Assembly (NCBI GenBank): GCA_026936335.1
Contig: JAPMXV010000047.1
Coordinates: 1 to 64,000, forward strand
Direction: 5' to 3'
Source: Mantamonas sphyraenae STR306
Taxonomy: Eukaryota; Protista; CRuMs
Length of the DNA stretch: 64,000 nt
Shown: positions 34,401 to 44,623 of the stretch, piece after piece
Layout of the letters: each line of letters begins with the position of its first letter
How positions within the stretch are numbered: the first letter of the stretch is position 1
Notes under the pieces: generated by a model
Database searches by the model: none
Seen by the model: only the letters and a program-made list of their open reading frames with translations
What the model was told of the DNA's origin: nothing
Translations under genes and position numbers: made by a program

Positions 34401-34868
34401 ACGCTGAAGTGCTATGTTGCCAACTGGTGGCATGCGTTTGACCGCAAGGGTACCGTCAAGTGCCGTCCGGGGTATGCTCTGATGGGCATCCGCAAGAACA
34501 AGTGCAACGAGCTGGGTTGCATCGAAGAAGGCAAGTGCTGCGGCTATGCAACGACCCGTGCTCCTCACACCAAGATTGCCAACTGGTGGAGCCAGCTGGA
34601 CAAGCGTGGCTGGGCATCGTGTCCGAGCGGCTACGCAATCAGCGGGTTGATGCGCAATGACTGTGATGGCCTGAATTGCCTGGAAGAGGCAGTGTGCTCC
34701 AAGATTGTGACTGGGAAGTGTGTGACGCAAGACAACTTCTTTGCTCATGAAGGTTGGAGCAAGTGTCCTCATGGATACGCACTGCACGCAGTTTACCGCA
34801 GCACGAACACGGGTGCGGGTGGGTTGAATAACCTCAGCACCGTGAGCTGCTGCCAGCTGAAAATGTGA
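28407..34868 (+). CDS. Giant multidomain protein: acidic N-terminus, amphipathic Lys/Ala helical region, beta-rich domain, coiled coil, four Cys/Trp-rich three-fold repeat modules
   Basis: Uninterrupted 2163-codon ORF (first ATG at 28407). Modules of type CYVANWWHAFDRKGTVxCxxGYALxGxRKxxCNxLGCIEEGxCC. Confidence 0.9.
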   Translation: MSDLEGSSVDALSADELPEELEFVDADSEPESVLDMDTEVASIEAAEDQKSLQQRWDLADGAEAVDTQREEYLVPEEMTDAEFFHIGENLSSDSLKLEEHDTLPFYGKVPVHTSISKETLVRTFVRGNVKTHPSWLQMQEGMHHHLNQVAKPLNARLARGALAMVQKHLGGHIQRMMAEGQRSSHMDLEDMFVSDDDDDTSEDADDDVMQKGKLIEGTDQQSFLKHVESLQQLAQDGLVVYGDPSEGVFAATCEFMAAHRDQVHVGSVFSIPSGLYRVTHITPPKGKPAWTQGQTVHCDIASLPYHLTCVNADLEDAIEDASVHVEVTDLSSLSRNEETGEVQDWSPNARAARTNQLLRKSAQRHDYVAALNRADDVAEKALLAIEQHGRDLDDVLLQDRENLEKRGVAMYTGARDRYMDVVKEYAQRIFDAQRNHIKAAARLHQAFAQSMQNTDEEAMDDEFDEEAMAQGDDDDEEEEDEEEELEDEVEVRDFFWRKVANAFNSIGEKLKKTFKAVKSFAENVYNKAAGALKQVANKVSNLVRSAVNAVVKAAKAVVRAVKEFGEKVASVAKKFGEAVKKAGEAFADKMKEVGEKIKSTAVAIGKSVKRIAVVAYKLAKFFNQVAHGGSADLDLDESLSIGFSVENIDFGNHPDKFMDMWKEKRAEDKKKRDAAAGKPEKPEKKKSKAKPSLQVMLRIIKAKIMLKPTLVLAIKMKKFMPQYVKVEFRGELDIELRTFTQINAEWKFEKEKLVGNKAITTIKFAIGPVPVWISVKAQFYLGVGLTIKAGIQFRYGGRVHGKWRIGAHGDMKTKKTGFVNKTEIKNTFGKPNGFRPCASVELEAFVRPQVAFHMYHSAGPTLGFEPFAVLTFVPQGATACMAITDSGDMVTAEQEEVEDEVNDGNTLTFEAGIRVKAGIQIVVVKKMLLDENIPLFEKKWELFEFKLTVPTKKVLKAMSGIGNVRKMLNETKDEEDEEQLEGLQDEEEEVEEVQRRVETIPTDELMAIPAGMRRGAYYTVLPNVLPEDVATHELKDADKHDQHRVLDDADAIVDEALTRRVVRDEVRDMDRMDKRMHRGDHGVNWYQVEIDTGARRDERRIREAVAHNRLNSLTFEPKSFDNSPLHGFWLLHGHSQMRKERFMLRAQLFRKRLEMLERGRMGDESMRNAFHAQAVELATRVRILDLRLLKVDQFEQLRRRLTDEFRNRQQDSTSQEHKLMEYQSDYRKEMDEARHYERLVLQFKLVRDADERTQRAMRGIADKLNDQLEVVKRASSRIEEQSRKVEHALEAMKEARDRLEFLTKVSSMQATAKARMEAHKKVVDLLHSQPVRELRAAGRKAQRLHAAAVMDLVNVERMMLSEEKRKELRGSARVMLVDARKVLDAEWRLSERIKSMVASAGLNWTPIEAIGSPYRRLVEELNARTEAAAVRKHKTLVPQARCYVANWWHAFDRKGTVSCRKGYALVALRKSKCNALGCLEEGQCCGYETEVATKHVANWWGSLDRRGWSSCPKYYALSGLMRNGCHGLNCLEEGVCTKMVTDECVTQGHFFGHAGWNACPAGYALHGVYRDSSHGAGNLQNLSTVSCCKVRDAYELPSAMQKSVMQVATVKKHNANMKCYEADWTTKFDHRGTAKCRAGFVLMGMLKNSCNGIGCIEKAMCCGYDNAKATTKVANWWSKLDQRGWASCPRGFAISGLMRNSCNGLNCIEEGVCTKMVTNECITQGGYFRHSGWSKCPSGYALHGVYRDSSHGAGNLKNLSTVSCCKLQSEGSLDVSFRHALAHMRHQEAERTQREAKAKAAREEYESKKKLVQQQCYVANWWHAFDRKGTVKCRPGYALMGIRKNKCNKLGCIEEGKCCGYATTRAPHTKIANWWSQLDKRGWASCPSGYAISGLMRNDCDGLNCLEEAVCSKIVTGKCVTQDNFFAHEGWSKCPHGYALHAVYRNSNTGAGGLNNLSTVSCCKVRSVNQLDENVRKGAIEAAVAAKRKAEELHRRHSTLKCYVANWWHAFDRKGTVKCRPGYALMGIRKNKCNELGCIEEGKCCGYATTRAPHTKIANWWSQLDKRGWASCPSGYAISGLMRNDCDGLNCLEEAVCSKIVTGKCVTQDNFFAHEGWSKCPHGYALHAVYRSTNTGAGGLNNLSTVSCCQLKM
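32730..34853 (+). repeat. Four ~440-bp coding repeat modules starting about 32730, 33261, 33852 and 34410
   Basis: Modules 3 and 4 are nearly identical at DNA level (558-bp offset); modules 1 and 2 are more diverged. Confidence 0.9.
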
Positions 34869-35079
34869 TTGAGAGAGAGTGTGTGTGCGCAGAGAGGCGA
34901 GTGTTCTCCTGGCATGCGAGTGAATGGAAATCACGTGTACCACATCTGTGCATTGATCCGGCTCACCTCCAGATTGTGTTTGCGTGCTTGCGGGGTGGCA
35001 CGGGCGGAGGCGCCTCTTCGTCGTTGTCATCCTTGTCGGACCGGCTGGGACGGCCAAACCCGCGTTGGAAATGTTGGGA

Positions 35080-35116
35080 GCCGAAAAGATAAACCCCTCC
35101 TCCACCAAAGAAGGGA
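35080..35116 (+). repeat. 37-bp element, perfect inverted copy of 46050-46086
   Basis: gccgaaaagataaacccctcctccaccaaagaaggga. Confidence 0.9.
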
Positions 35117-35380
35117 CATGATGTAAAAGACGAGGTGGGCAGGTCTGACCTGTGTTCAACCCGCTATCAGCCAATCCCACTCCTGACAGTGACCCTGTCC
35201 AAGTTGTTGTTGGTCGACTCCACCATCCTATCTTTGTCATTGTGAGGTGTTTGTTGATAGCACTGCCACCTCTGCTCGCAATCTGACATGTGAATCACTT
35301 CAGCAACGTCCTCTAGTCCGGCAAGACCTCCTACGACTTCTTTCCCGTCCTCTGCACCATCATTTTCGCATGTGTACACT

Positions 35381-36722
35381 ATGCACAAAGTGTTCTTGAT
35401 TGTTGCAGTTGTTGCAATGTTGTGTTTTCTGACGTTCAGCCTCTTCATCACGCACTACAACGAGTTTTTGCCCGCCCCAACCGCTCTGGAGGAATCCAAC
35501 AACTCCTCAGCAGCAGCGACACCGCAGCCACAGCTGCATCCTACACTTCAATTCCTCACCATGAACATGACTGTGGACACATTGCAAGATGAAGCTGGAA
35601 CTATTTCGACTGATGAGCCAAGCACTGTCAGGTGCAAAGTTGCGTGTGTTGTTACAAACGCATGTGTTGCCGCAACGGAGTTGGGGCGCTTCGCCTTGTT
35701 CTCTTTGGGAACACAACCATGGGTACATTCAAAACATACGAAGGAGTACAGATCTCACCGGAAACTCAACAGACAACAACAATGTCTGCTTTTGCAGCGG
35801 CTTCGGGTGCATTGTTGCACACCCAGAATAAGACCATTTATTCCTACGGCGTGTGGCACCCTGACAATTTCTATCACAACCTAGCTGATGAAATGCTTGG
35901 CGTGTACACTACCATGCGTGCTTTCGGGGATCCATCGACTGTGGAAGACAATGTCCTGGTGATCGTCCCACCCTTACCGAAACCGCCAATGTCGAAGCAT
36001 CGAGTATTTGGTTCATTCAATGGCTCGCCAAGAAACAGTACAATGTGCTAAGAGACCAAAGAATGCACTGCGGAACGCGTATTGTTGTTGGTAGGATACC
36101 AGTGAGTTTCAGTGTTTGCAACGACTTTGCCCATCACATTGCAGCCCAATCTGGACAGTCAGACGATGACCTTGCCTCACAGATCACTGTACTTGATCGT
36201 GGCAACTCCCGCAACATGTAAAACATTACAGAACTCGTTCTTCGCGTGCGTGAAGCCAAACTGGGCTACCCATTCAAGCTTGTGGACTCTGCCAAGTGAC
36301 CCCTTGCTGAGCAGGTCGCCACCGCGCGAAGAAGCAAAGTGTTTCTTGCCCGGAACGGTGCAGGAACAACTCTGAGGATGTTCATGCCGCCAAATTCTCT
36401 GCTGTTGACAGTAACAGCGCGAGAGCACAATATCAGCGAACACTGGAGGAATGGCATTGGTTACTTCGAACACTTGGCAATGTGTACGGAAGGTTCAATC
36501 ACCTGCACATGGGCTCGCAAGCAGTTTGAGGCAGGTGTGGGCATCAAAACCGATTCCGTTACCATCGACATCCCAACCCTTGTTGAGACCGTCCAAATGT
36601 TCCTCGCTGGCACACTTCCGTCCGAAAGGGTGAGTGTCATCCCATGGCAACTGCTTGACATTCAAGAGCCGCTTTTCATTCCTCAACAACAACAAGTTCA
36701 GTGGACCATCCAGCTACCTTGA
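35381..36722 (+). CDS. GT61/DUF563-like glycosyltransferase, type II membrane anchor (frameshifted into at least 3 ORFs)
   Basis: N-terminal TM MHKVFLIVAVVAMLCFLTFSLFI; NFYHNLADEML; RNGAGTTLRMFMPPNS resembling the GT61 HGAGLTNxxFM motif. Confidence 0.65.
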
Positions 36723-37635
36723 TGTCATCCCGTCACATGCTGGTCAGGCTGCCGTGCATCTGAAAGTGCGCACGTGGCTCAGCACCTACTCGTGTTCAAC
36801 ATCGTTGCATGTATGCAACACTCATCAATGCAACACAGTGCAAAGCACGGCATGATTTCTGCGTCCCTATTGTCCACAGCCGTCTCGGAAGATAGAGTGG
36901 AGTCGCAATTCAACGATTGGTGTCACCATCGTGATCACGAGCGTGAGTCCTGATGAAGTGTCCGACAAACAATCACGACAGGTCACGATTATTCTGGCGA
37001 CGTCTTGCGAGGCAAGTGTATCAGCTGGCTGCAAGCAAATCTGGAGCTTGAAATTCGACCAACTGCCTCAAACCCACACATGGACGCTCCAACTCCAGCA
37101 ACCACATTGGCATCCACACGTGCACGAATAACCACCACGACAAACACAAAGGAAGATCAAACCAATGGTACTTGCAAACGACGATTTCTACACGCAGACC
37201 AAACGCAGGACGGCGTGGCCTACGGGGTGTAGAAGGTACACAGCTACACATCAACAAGCGAATATGTTGCAAAGACGCACCAGCGGGGTCATCAGCCCTC
37301 TTTCGCGCCTGAAGCTCCACCACGAAGTCCTGAGAAGAGGATAGCGTTGTTGGTCGACCAACAACATCAGCAAACGAGAGGGCACATCGCATTCCATTCA
37401 CCACAATCAACCAGCTACACCACTGTTCATGTGTCTTCTTGCGGCGCTGCTCCTCGCGACGTCGTTCCTCTGCCGTCTGCGTGGGACTGCCCGCGACACA
37501 CCAGTCGGACCTTGCCCCTGCTGCCAAGGACGGCAGTGGGACGGCAAAGCGGAAGTCAAAGGCAAAGGCCAGTTGGTGACAGATGTGTGACGGGTGGGCG
37601 AGGAAATGAACATACACACAGAGCAGTGAGGACTC

Positions 37636-39318
37636 TCACCCAGATGAGATGAACGTCTCGGCGGCGTTGTGTGCGGTGAACACGAGAACTGGAAACATGA
37701 TGGCAAAGGTCACGCTGACCAAAGCGACGCGCATGTGACGTTCGCACAGGGCAGCAGCGAGCTGCACTGGGTCGTAGTGCACCTCAGTCACCATGATCTT
37801 GCGTACCAGGTAGAAAACAACTACTACGGCGATTAGGTTGGTAAAGGCGTAGCCACACGCCACAAGGATATCCTCATCGGTGAAATATGCGCTTCCATAT
37901 TTGTAGTAATCGGTGTTGTTGCCCCAGCGGAAGAGCAGAATCATGACAATAAAGTTGATGGAGTTGATGATCTCCGAGACGATCTCTAGACCGATGCGCT
38001 CGCTGACTGTGGTGCGATAATCATGAAGGTCGACCAACCTGCGGATGCGTCGATCCTGTAGGCTCATTTCCGTGATGTGCTGCACATTGTCCATGCCCTC
38101 TTCCACGTCCTGGCAGTGGTTGGTGTTCCGTACCGCCAACCTGTGAAGTTCTGGTTGCTCGTCGTCCGAATCGCCCATGAGTGCCTCTTCCTGTTCCACC
38201 ATGGTCCTTGTGGACACCAATGAATTTTCATGTCTGAGGAGCTTCTGCACAATGCTCGTCTGCATGACCCTGTTGCGCACATTGTACCCCTGCGTGCTCA
38301 TAGACCACATGTACGAGCCGGTCGTGACGCACACCTCCGCAATGAGGTAGGCAAGGAAGGTGGACAGCGCAGAGATGGATGGGAGTAGTAGCATACCAAA
38401 CAGGTCTCCCACACAACTGGCCGCAAACCCAAACAGCAGGCCCGCGTCTTTGTCAATGTTGCTCGCAAGCATTCCCGTCAGGCGCTCAAACATGACCATC
38501 AGAAGCGGGTAGGCGATGACAGACATCGTCTGAACCATAAAGTCACCCACAGCAAAGGCTGTGCTGAATGAAATGCACACAATGAAGAGAATGGATGGAA
38601 GACCGAGCATGGCCTGGCATCGGATAAACACGTTCAGAAACGAGGCTCCCCTCTCGGCCGCGATCTCGTTTTTCTCCTGGGATGTGTACGCAAACCACCA
38701 CAACACTGCAGACATTGACCATATGCCAATACCCAAGGTGGCCGGGGCAAAAGGGATTGGAAAAATTCCCACACCCAGCGCAAGAATACAGTACATCCCC
38801 GGCACGCCGACTGAGAGGCTCAAGAACGGAATGTACCACCGCCTGGAAGGGGCAAGGAACCGCTCCACCCAAATGCGTTGCATGCATGAGATGATAACCG
38901 ACCAGAACATGCTGTAGCCCAAAATGTAGCCGATATTCCCCAGCGGACCAGCTGCAAGGGGAGCAAGCGGGAAGGAAACCCACCCGGCAATGTATGCGAG
39001 GGGTACAAACTGCAGGAGAGCTAAGAGGTAGAGCATACGACTCCCGCTCACAGGATATGGATTTCCGCATGCGCTCAATGCACGTGCAGCGGCGTATTCG
39101 GCGTGGTCGGCACGATCACATGGTTCAATTTCCCCCTCCTTTTGCAGCGCGGCCATGAGCAGCGCAGTTTGGTCATCCAGCTTGCAGTACGCACGCGCAA
39201 GTTGTACATACCGTTGACGTAAATCCGTTGCGTCTTCGCTTGTGCTGTAAATGCTTCGAAGGCTTCGTTGCTGCTGCGAGTCCTGCCAACTCCTGCGAGG
39301 AATTGTCGGCAATGACAT
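37636..39318 (-). CDS. Polytopic membrane protein (about 9-10 hydrophobic segments), function unknown
   Basis: 560-aa intact ORF with many long hydrophobic stretches and one large hydrophilic loop. Confidence 0.8.
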   Translation of the reverse strand: MSLPTIPRRSWQDSQQQRSLRSIYSTSEDATDLRQRYVQLARAYCKLDDQTALLMAALQKEGEIEPCDRADHAEYAAARALSACGNPYPVSGSRMLYLLALLQFVPLAYIAGWVSFPLAPLAAGPLGNIGYILGYSMFWSVIISCMQRIWVERFLAPSRRWYIPFLSLSVGVPGMYCILALGVGIFPIPFAPATLGIGIWSMSAVLWWFAYTSQEKNEIAAERGASFLNVFIRCQAMLGLPSILFIVCISFSTAFAVGDFMVQTMSVIAYPLLMVMFERLTGMLASNIDKDAGLLFGFAASCVGDLFGMLLLPSISALSTFLAYLIAEVCVTTGSYMWSMSTQGYNVRNRVMQTSIVQKLLRHENSLVSTRTMVEQEEALMGDSDDEQPELHRLAVRNTNHCQDVEEGMDNVQHITEMSLQDRRIRRLVDLHDYRTTVSERIGLEIVSEIINSINFIVMILLFRWGNNTDYYKYGSAYFTDEDILVACGYAFTNLIAVVVVFYLVRKIMVTEVHYDPVQLAAALCERHMRVALVSVTFAIMFPVLVFTAHNAAETFISSG

Positions 39319-39717
39319 TTTTGCGTGTGAAAAACGAGAAAAGTTTGGCCGTTTGCGCGCTTCCGCAGTTCTGCTCGTGTGTGGTGCTGTTCTGTGGGAT
39401 TATGTTCCTTACAAACAGCTTTGTGAACGAGTTTCAGCGGGCAGTTGTGATCTATGTGACGGTTGGGACGGAGTGTGGCGAGGGGACTTGCGGCGGAGGA
39501 GTTGGAGGGCAGTGTGGAGGAGGAGATGATGGTGGAGATGCAGCAGGCGGAGACAAAGTGAACGAAGGAGTATATACCCCATGCCACGTTTCAATAGCAA
39601 TAATCCGACGCCTTTCATTGGTGATTGTGCTTGGCAACGTCGTGTGCAAGATTCAAATTCAGAACTCCATGGTCTAAAACAGGGGGCTACCACTGACAAC
39701 GTACCCTTGACCAGCAC

Positions 39718-40908
39718 CTATTCATTTCCCTGCTTCTTGACAAACGCAAATCGAATGTAGTGGCTCAACGACATGCTCATATCCTGGTGTCCAAGCATAC
39801 CTTGGAGCAGCGTCAACCCTTGCCTCTTCAGTTCCTGCGCTCCCAACCACTCTGGATCCATGGCCAGCTGGTACAAAGCATAGCTAGTGTTCCACTGTCG
39901 CGGGTAGTTCAACCAGCTCTTCCAGGAGCAGTGCAGGTCCAGCGGGTGACCCTGTTTGCTCCACCGCACAATCTCATCGTATGACAGCCCTGTGATAGGT
40001 TCATCCACATCTCGATCCAAGCAGGACAGACACTCCATGTCCATCAGTGTCTCTCGCCAGAATTTGCGCACGACCCGTGTGGATCCGGCGGCGATGATGG
40101 ATTGGAGTTGCTCTGCGCAATAGTCGGCTCCGTTTTCGATGAGCTCTTGATGGGTAAACAGGAGAATAGGTGCCCAGCGTCCTTCTTCCACCTTGCCCTG
40201 CGCGGTAAAGTGCACCCAGAGATACCCATCGGCTGAACGGACCTCGTCGACTACCGTTGTCTTTTTGGCCACATCCACCAGTGCTGTGCGAAAGTAGAGC
40301 AGCATATACATCGATTCTGGTGTGTGCAATCCCGTGTTGAGGATGACCTGACGCACAGCTTCCCAGGCATCGAGAGAGACGGTCCGACCAAGATCCACCA
40401 AGGCCTTTTGCAGGAAGTGGGGCGTCACACGCAGCATCTGAGCCAGCTTGGCTTCCTTTTTGCGAGACAACAGCTTGCGCATGACCAGGTTGACGGGTTC
40501 CAGCTCGGCCATGCCCAGCAGTTGTCCTTGCAGCTGTTCGTCGTTTTCGTCGCGGCCGGGTTTGACCACCATCCGCTTGCTCTTGCGCTTCCACTCTTGA
40601 CTGGCATCGGCCACGGGGAGATCGGCGTAGAATAGAGGGGCAGAGGTGCCGGTGTAGGTGCTGGGACCTTGCTGGTTGGAACTGGAGGAGAGGGAGAGGC
40701 TTGCGAGGTCAGCGACGAGGCTGGAGACATCATCGGCGTCTGTGTGAAGGGAGGGGTGTGAGTGGGGAGGTTGAGGCCGTGCAGGTGGATTGGAATCGGG
40801 GTACAAGATGTGCCGATAGATCCTACCTTGTGTGTGTGCCATAGCAGCGAAGTCGTCGTTTCCCGCCTCTTTGTCAACGGCCGTTTGTGCCATTGTCTCT
40901 AAGCGCAT
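39718..40908 (-). CDS. Divergent protelomerase/telomere-resolvase-like tyrosine recombinase
   Basis: VHFTAQGK (cf. FSGQAK), NYPRQW (xxxR), DPEW, and MLGHQDMSMSLSHYIRF (cf. phage N15 TelN ILGHDDENTQLHYKQF, recalled from memory) in correct order. The first catalytic Arg is ambiguous (YFRTALVDV). Confidence 0.65.
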   Translation of the reverse strand: MRLETMAQTAVDKEAGNDDFAAMAHTQGRIYRHILYPDSNPPARPQPPHSHPSLHTDADDVSSLVADLASLSLSSSSNQQGPSTYTGTSAPLFYADLPVADASQEWKRKSKRMVVKPGRDENDEQLQGQLLGMAELEPVNLVMRKLLSRKKEAKLAQMLRVTPHFLQKALVDLGRTVSLDAWEAVRQVILNTGLHTPESMYMLLYFRTALVDVAKKTTVVDEVRSADGYLWVHFTAQGKVEEGRWAPILLFTHQELIENGADYCAEQLQSIIAAGSTRVVRKFWRETLMDMECLSCLDRDVDEPITGLSYDEIVRWSKQGHPLDLHCSWKSWLNYPRQWNTSYALYQLAMDPEWLGAQELKRQGLTLLQGMLGHQDMSMSLSHYIRFAFVKKQGNE

Positions 40909-40926
40909 GGGTGAGAGAAGAGTGAG

Positions 40927-41283
40927 TCATTGAAGTGGTGTAGATAGTTGACTAGTGGTGATTTGACGGCAGATACTACCTTGTGCGCGCCTCTTGGCCT
41001 GCTGGCGTGCAAATTCTTGCTCGGCTGCTTTCAACGCCGCGCGGCGGTCCTGTACATGCTGCTGCGCTTCATCAATGGCAGTAAACGCCTGTGGGTTGTC
41101 CTTGCGGTGCTGTGGGTTAAACAGTGACAACCCAGCCTCCTTGAGCTCTGCCTTGATGGACGTCCACTCGTCTGCTGCTTCGCGCGCGGCCAACCGAGCG
41201 GCATGCAGTTCGTCCTTAGCCAACTGCAATGACGATGATTCAGTGTTCAGTGACACGTTCTCCTTGGCTTCTACGGTGGACAT
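40927..41283 (-). CDS. Small helical/coiled-coil hypothetical protein
   Basis: ATG at 41283, Ala/Glu/Gln-rich, ends 18 nt upstream of the resolvase-like gene on the same strand. Confidence 0.5.
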   Translation of the reverse strand: MSTVEAKENVSLNTESSSLQLAKDELHAARLAAREAADEWTSIKAELKEAGLSLFNPQHRKDNPQAFTAIDEAQQHVQDRRAALKAAEQEFARQQAKRRAQGSICRQITTSQLSTPLQ

Positions 41284-41915
41284 CTTTGTCAAAACGGTTG
41301 GTGGAGAATGCGCGTGCAGCTGAGATAAGTGGTCGCTTGAGATGCACACACGGCGAGAGGACGGATGATCAGCCATCAAAAATTGCCTTCTTTCGCAGTG
41401 ATTGAGGCCAAATGGTGATTCAGTACTGGACGCACCGATGTCGACTTATGGAACACCGTGAACGGATGAAGGCTTGTGAAAACTCCTGGTTCGCCCAATT
41501 TGGTTGCTCTGCAACCATAGATAGCTCAGTCTCACCAACCATCGTCATCGAAATGCGATCTGTTGGGTCAAGGTAGACTGTTCCGTGATGGGGATTGTGT
41601 CTTAAGATACGCGTGCTTCGAGCTACCATGGAAAATGGCAATTGTCATATTGTCAACTCCAAGGCCAAGGCATTCTTCCGTGAGTTGGCTCGCATCAGAG
41701 ATTCTGGCGATGATCGCCAGTACTGGCAATAACATTTCAGTGAGTACTGTGAGTTTGAAGAAGCAGCAAACCCGCGTCAAATCGTACATGCCCTCGTTGA
41801 CTTGAAGCAGCTTCGGAGCCGTGCACGCCGAGTCGTCCAGCCATGACGACGTCAACTGCAAGGCCACTTCATATCGCTGCTCATAAGAGCAGGGTACCCA
41901 GCCTCGTACCACTTC

Positions 41916-43585
41916 GTGCCATTCACCATGTTGTCCCGCTGGCAAAGCAAACGCCCGTACAACGAAATGCCCAGCAAGAAGACACCTCAAAGGCGTGCCA
42001 AAAGGAAGAAGCAGCAGGAAAAGGATGACGAAAGGGCTGGCGAATCATCACCATCCACTCCCACAGCCTCGGTCTCACTGGACTGCGCCGCAACTGAGAA
42101 ACAAGCTGTCCAATCTGTGAACGAGCTGCAATCCGGAGACAACCAGGGCACACCGGGGATGCCTGGTCGGTCTATGGGCACTGGGCTTGTACAACAATCA
42201 GCTTCAAAGGCGGAACGCAAGCATAGCCAGAGCCCGAGTCACTCTGGGGGGACGCTCAGCAAGACCAAAGCCCAAGGGCGGGGAGTTTGCCGAGCAAACA
42301 CACACAAAGATGAGAGTGTCGACTGCGAAGGATGCAAAGAATGCAAAGGTCAAAACAACACACAAACGGAAAGAACCACAGGGCAAGGGCAAGGGCAAGG
42401 GCTTGGGCAGGAGAAAGGTTTCTGGCCGCCAGCAACGGAAGCTTACCAAAGCACAGGAGAGAGTGTTGAGAGAAATATGTTTCAGGAGATGGAATGTGAA
42501 CGAGCACTGCTGAACCAGCAGCGCCGTAGAGAGCGGCTGAAGCAGGAGGAAGAGGAAAGGCACAAGGCACAACGCTTGAACGACACCATACACAAGGCAG
42601 AGGTGCACCTGGCAAGAGCATCGGGAAAGAACAGTGCAAACGAGTTGGGAAATGTGATTCTCCAGCCGCACCCCAAGGCACGCCATTCCCGCCTTCAAAC
42701 ACTGCCCAAGGAGGGGAAGCGGAGAACAAGGAAGGCGGAAAAGCGTGGGTCAACACCTGGAAAGATAGAACTTACCCCCCTTTGTTGAACATATGCTGTG
42801 GATTCCCACTCTGGTGCTTGGGGACAACCCCCGATGGGTGTACGATTCTGCAGCAGGACACCGATACCAACGGGATGGAGATCACCGAGGTGCGCGTGCG
42901 TGCCGCAGACGAATCAGCGATGGCCACAATGATGAATGCAACACTTGCTGCTTCCCCAAAAGCGACAAGGGAGTGCCTGCAGTCCACACTCATCCCCGTG
43001 GACACCTTCCTGGAAGGACTTCGCGATCAATCCGAGAGTAGTCTGCCTGAACCATGGGACGCCGGTATTCTGGCGAGTCTGTGGCAACGATCGCAAAACA
43101 AGAATTCCGGTGAGCTTTTTGTTGGGTTTGTTCACAACACGGGACGGTGTAGCGAGTTCTGGACCTTGGCCCTGCAAGGGGCGACCAAGTCGAACCACGC
43201 ACGTGAGCGGATGCTGGGCATTCGGATGCCAGCTTGTTTCCACTGGAAACGAGACGTGTGTCCGTCGATTGTGATGTCCCACCATGATAGTTGGGAGCTG
43301 ATTCAACCCTCATGTACTGTGGTCCTATCTGGCGACATCTCCACCGTCGTGACACTGATTCCAAGAGCACCACTGGGCTTGCAAGTGCTTTATCCACCAT
43401 CCAAACACGGAACCACGATGATCAACATGGCCAAAGATGGGCAGTGCATGGCTGAGCTTTCCGTCCTTGAGCGGCAGCTGGTGCAGCGGGTATGCGAGGA
43501 AGCGGAGGTCGACGGCGACACCACACGCGTGCTGGGACAGAGGGGACCGAACCACGGTACCGTGGTGTTGGTCCGCGACAAATGA
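41916..43585 (+). CDS. Hypothetical protein(s): charged low-complexity ORF 41916-42788 and ORF 42782-43585, possibly one frameshifted gene
   Basis: Two long overlapping same-strand ORFs meeting at a C6/T4 homopolymer near 42775-42784. Confidence 0.45.
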
Positions 43586-44239
43586 GTACACAGGTGTGTT
43601 TTGCAACGGCGAGTCCGTGTGTGGCGCCCCTGGGGTGTGGGTAACAATGGTGAACACATGGGACGACGCCGAGACGTTGACAGAACTTGGGGACGAAGAG
43701 TGCAATTGAGTGCGCAGAGGAACCAAGGGAGAAGATTGGTGGTGCTTTGCCAACGCTCGATCCAGCTTGACCAAGCTCATACGCAATTTGAGACGCTCTG
43801 CAAGCAAGCCAATAGACAAGTGATGCGCTCGTGACCAGTCTTCCTTGCGGTGGCGACTTGTTGTTGTAGTTTTCACATGGTTTGAGGTGCGCAGGACATC
43901 ACCAGCGTTGAACCTTCGGGCCTGGGTGATTAAACCGCTGCAGTCAGTGGGGCGGCAAACGGATGTTTGCGTCGTTATTTGGTCGGCAATCGCAAGGCAT
44001 GATACAGGTGGGAGACAAAATGGGTGCCAAGGACGACAGGGTGAAGCGTGTGATGGATGGATTGATGGTGTTCAATCCATGCAGAAAGTGGAGCACAGGT
44101 CGCATCACCGCATCTTCGTTGCAAAGGATGAATGAGCTTGACACAGTGCACAGTGATGGCAAAATGGAGATTGGCAGCTGATTAGGGAGGATGCCACCGT
44201 GTCGCTGTGAACTAAACTGCGGACTGGTCGGGCCTGGTT

Positions 44240-44623
44240 GTGCGAACCAGCGTCCATGACCTCCAACTACGAGCGTTCTTGCGCCAATGGCTTCAACACA
44301 ACTCAGGAATGAGCGAAGATAGCAATCTTGTCCCATTGAAAGAGGGCGCCTTTCTGCAAATGATTGAGGAATACAATCAAGTCGGGACTTTTGGAGAAAA
44401 AAACAAACGGCTTGCCTTTCACCACACGTTTGCGAAGTTGCTGGCCGATAAAGGCTTGGCTTTGTTTTACAAGGAGGGTCATGCGGGCAACGGACAAAAA
44501 TTCGTGGTAGCGAAGCGTGGTGGAGACATCCTTACACAAGAGGATATTGACAACTGGTGTCAATATGTACGTGATCAAGATGAAAGCTTAGATTTCGAGT
44601 ACGCGCTGCAAGATGAAGCTTAG
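44240..44623 (+). CDS. Small hypothetical protein
   Basis: 127-aa ORF with protein-like composition; its stop lies inside a tandem duplication. Confidence 0.4.
   Translation: MRTSVHDLQLRAFLRQWLQHNSGMSEDSNLVPLKEGAFLQMIEEYNQVGTFGEKNKRLAFHHTFAKLLADKGLALFYKEGHAGNGQKFVVAKRGGDILTQEDIDNWCQYVRDQDESLDFEYALQDEA

Noticed and set aside
32388-35240. 950-aa minus-strand ORF (also 30039-32033)
   Set aside because: Antisense shadow of the codon-biased, repetitive 2163-aa gene, with no independent protein signature.
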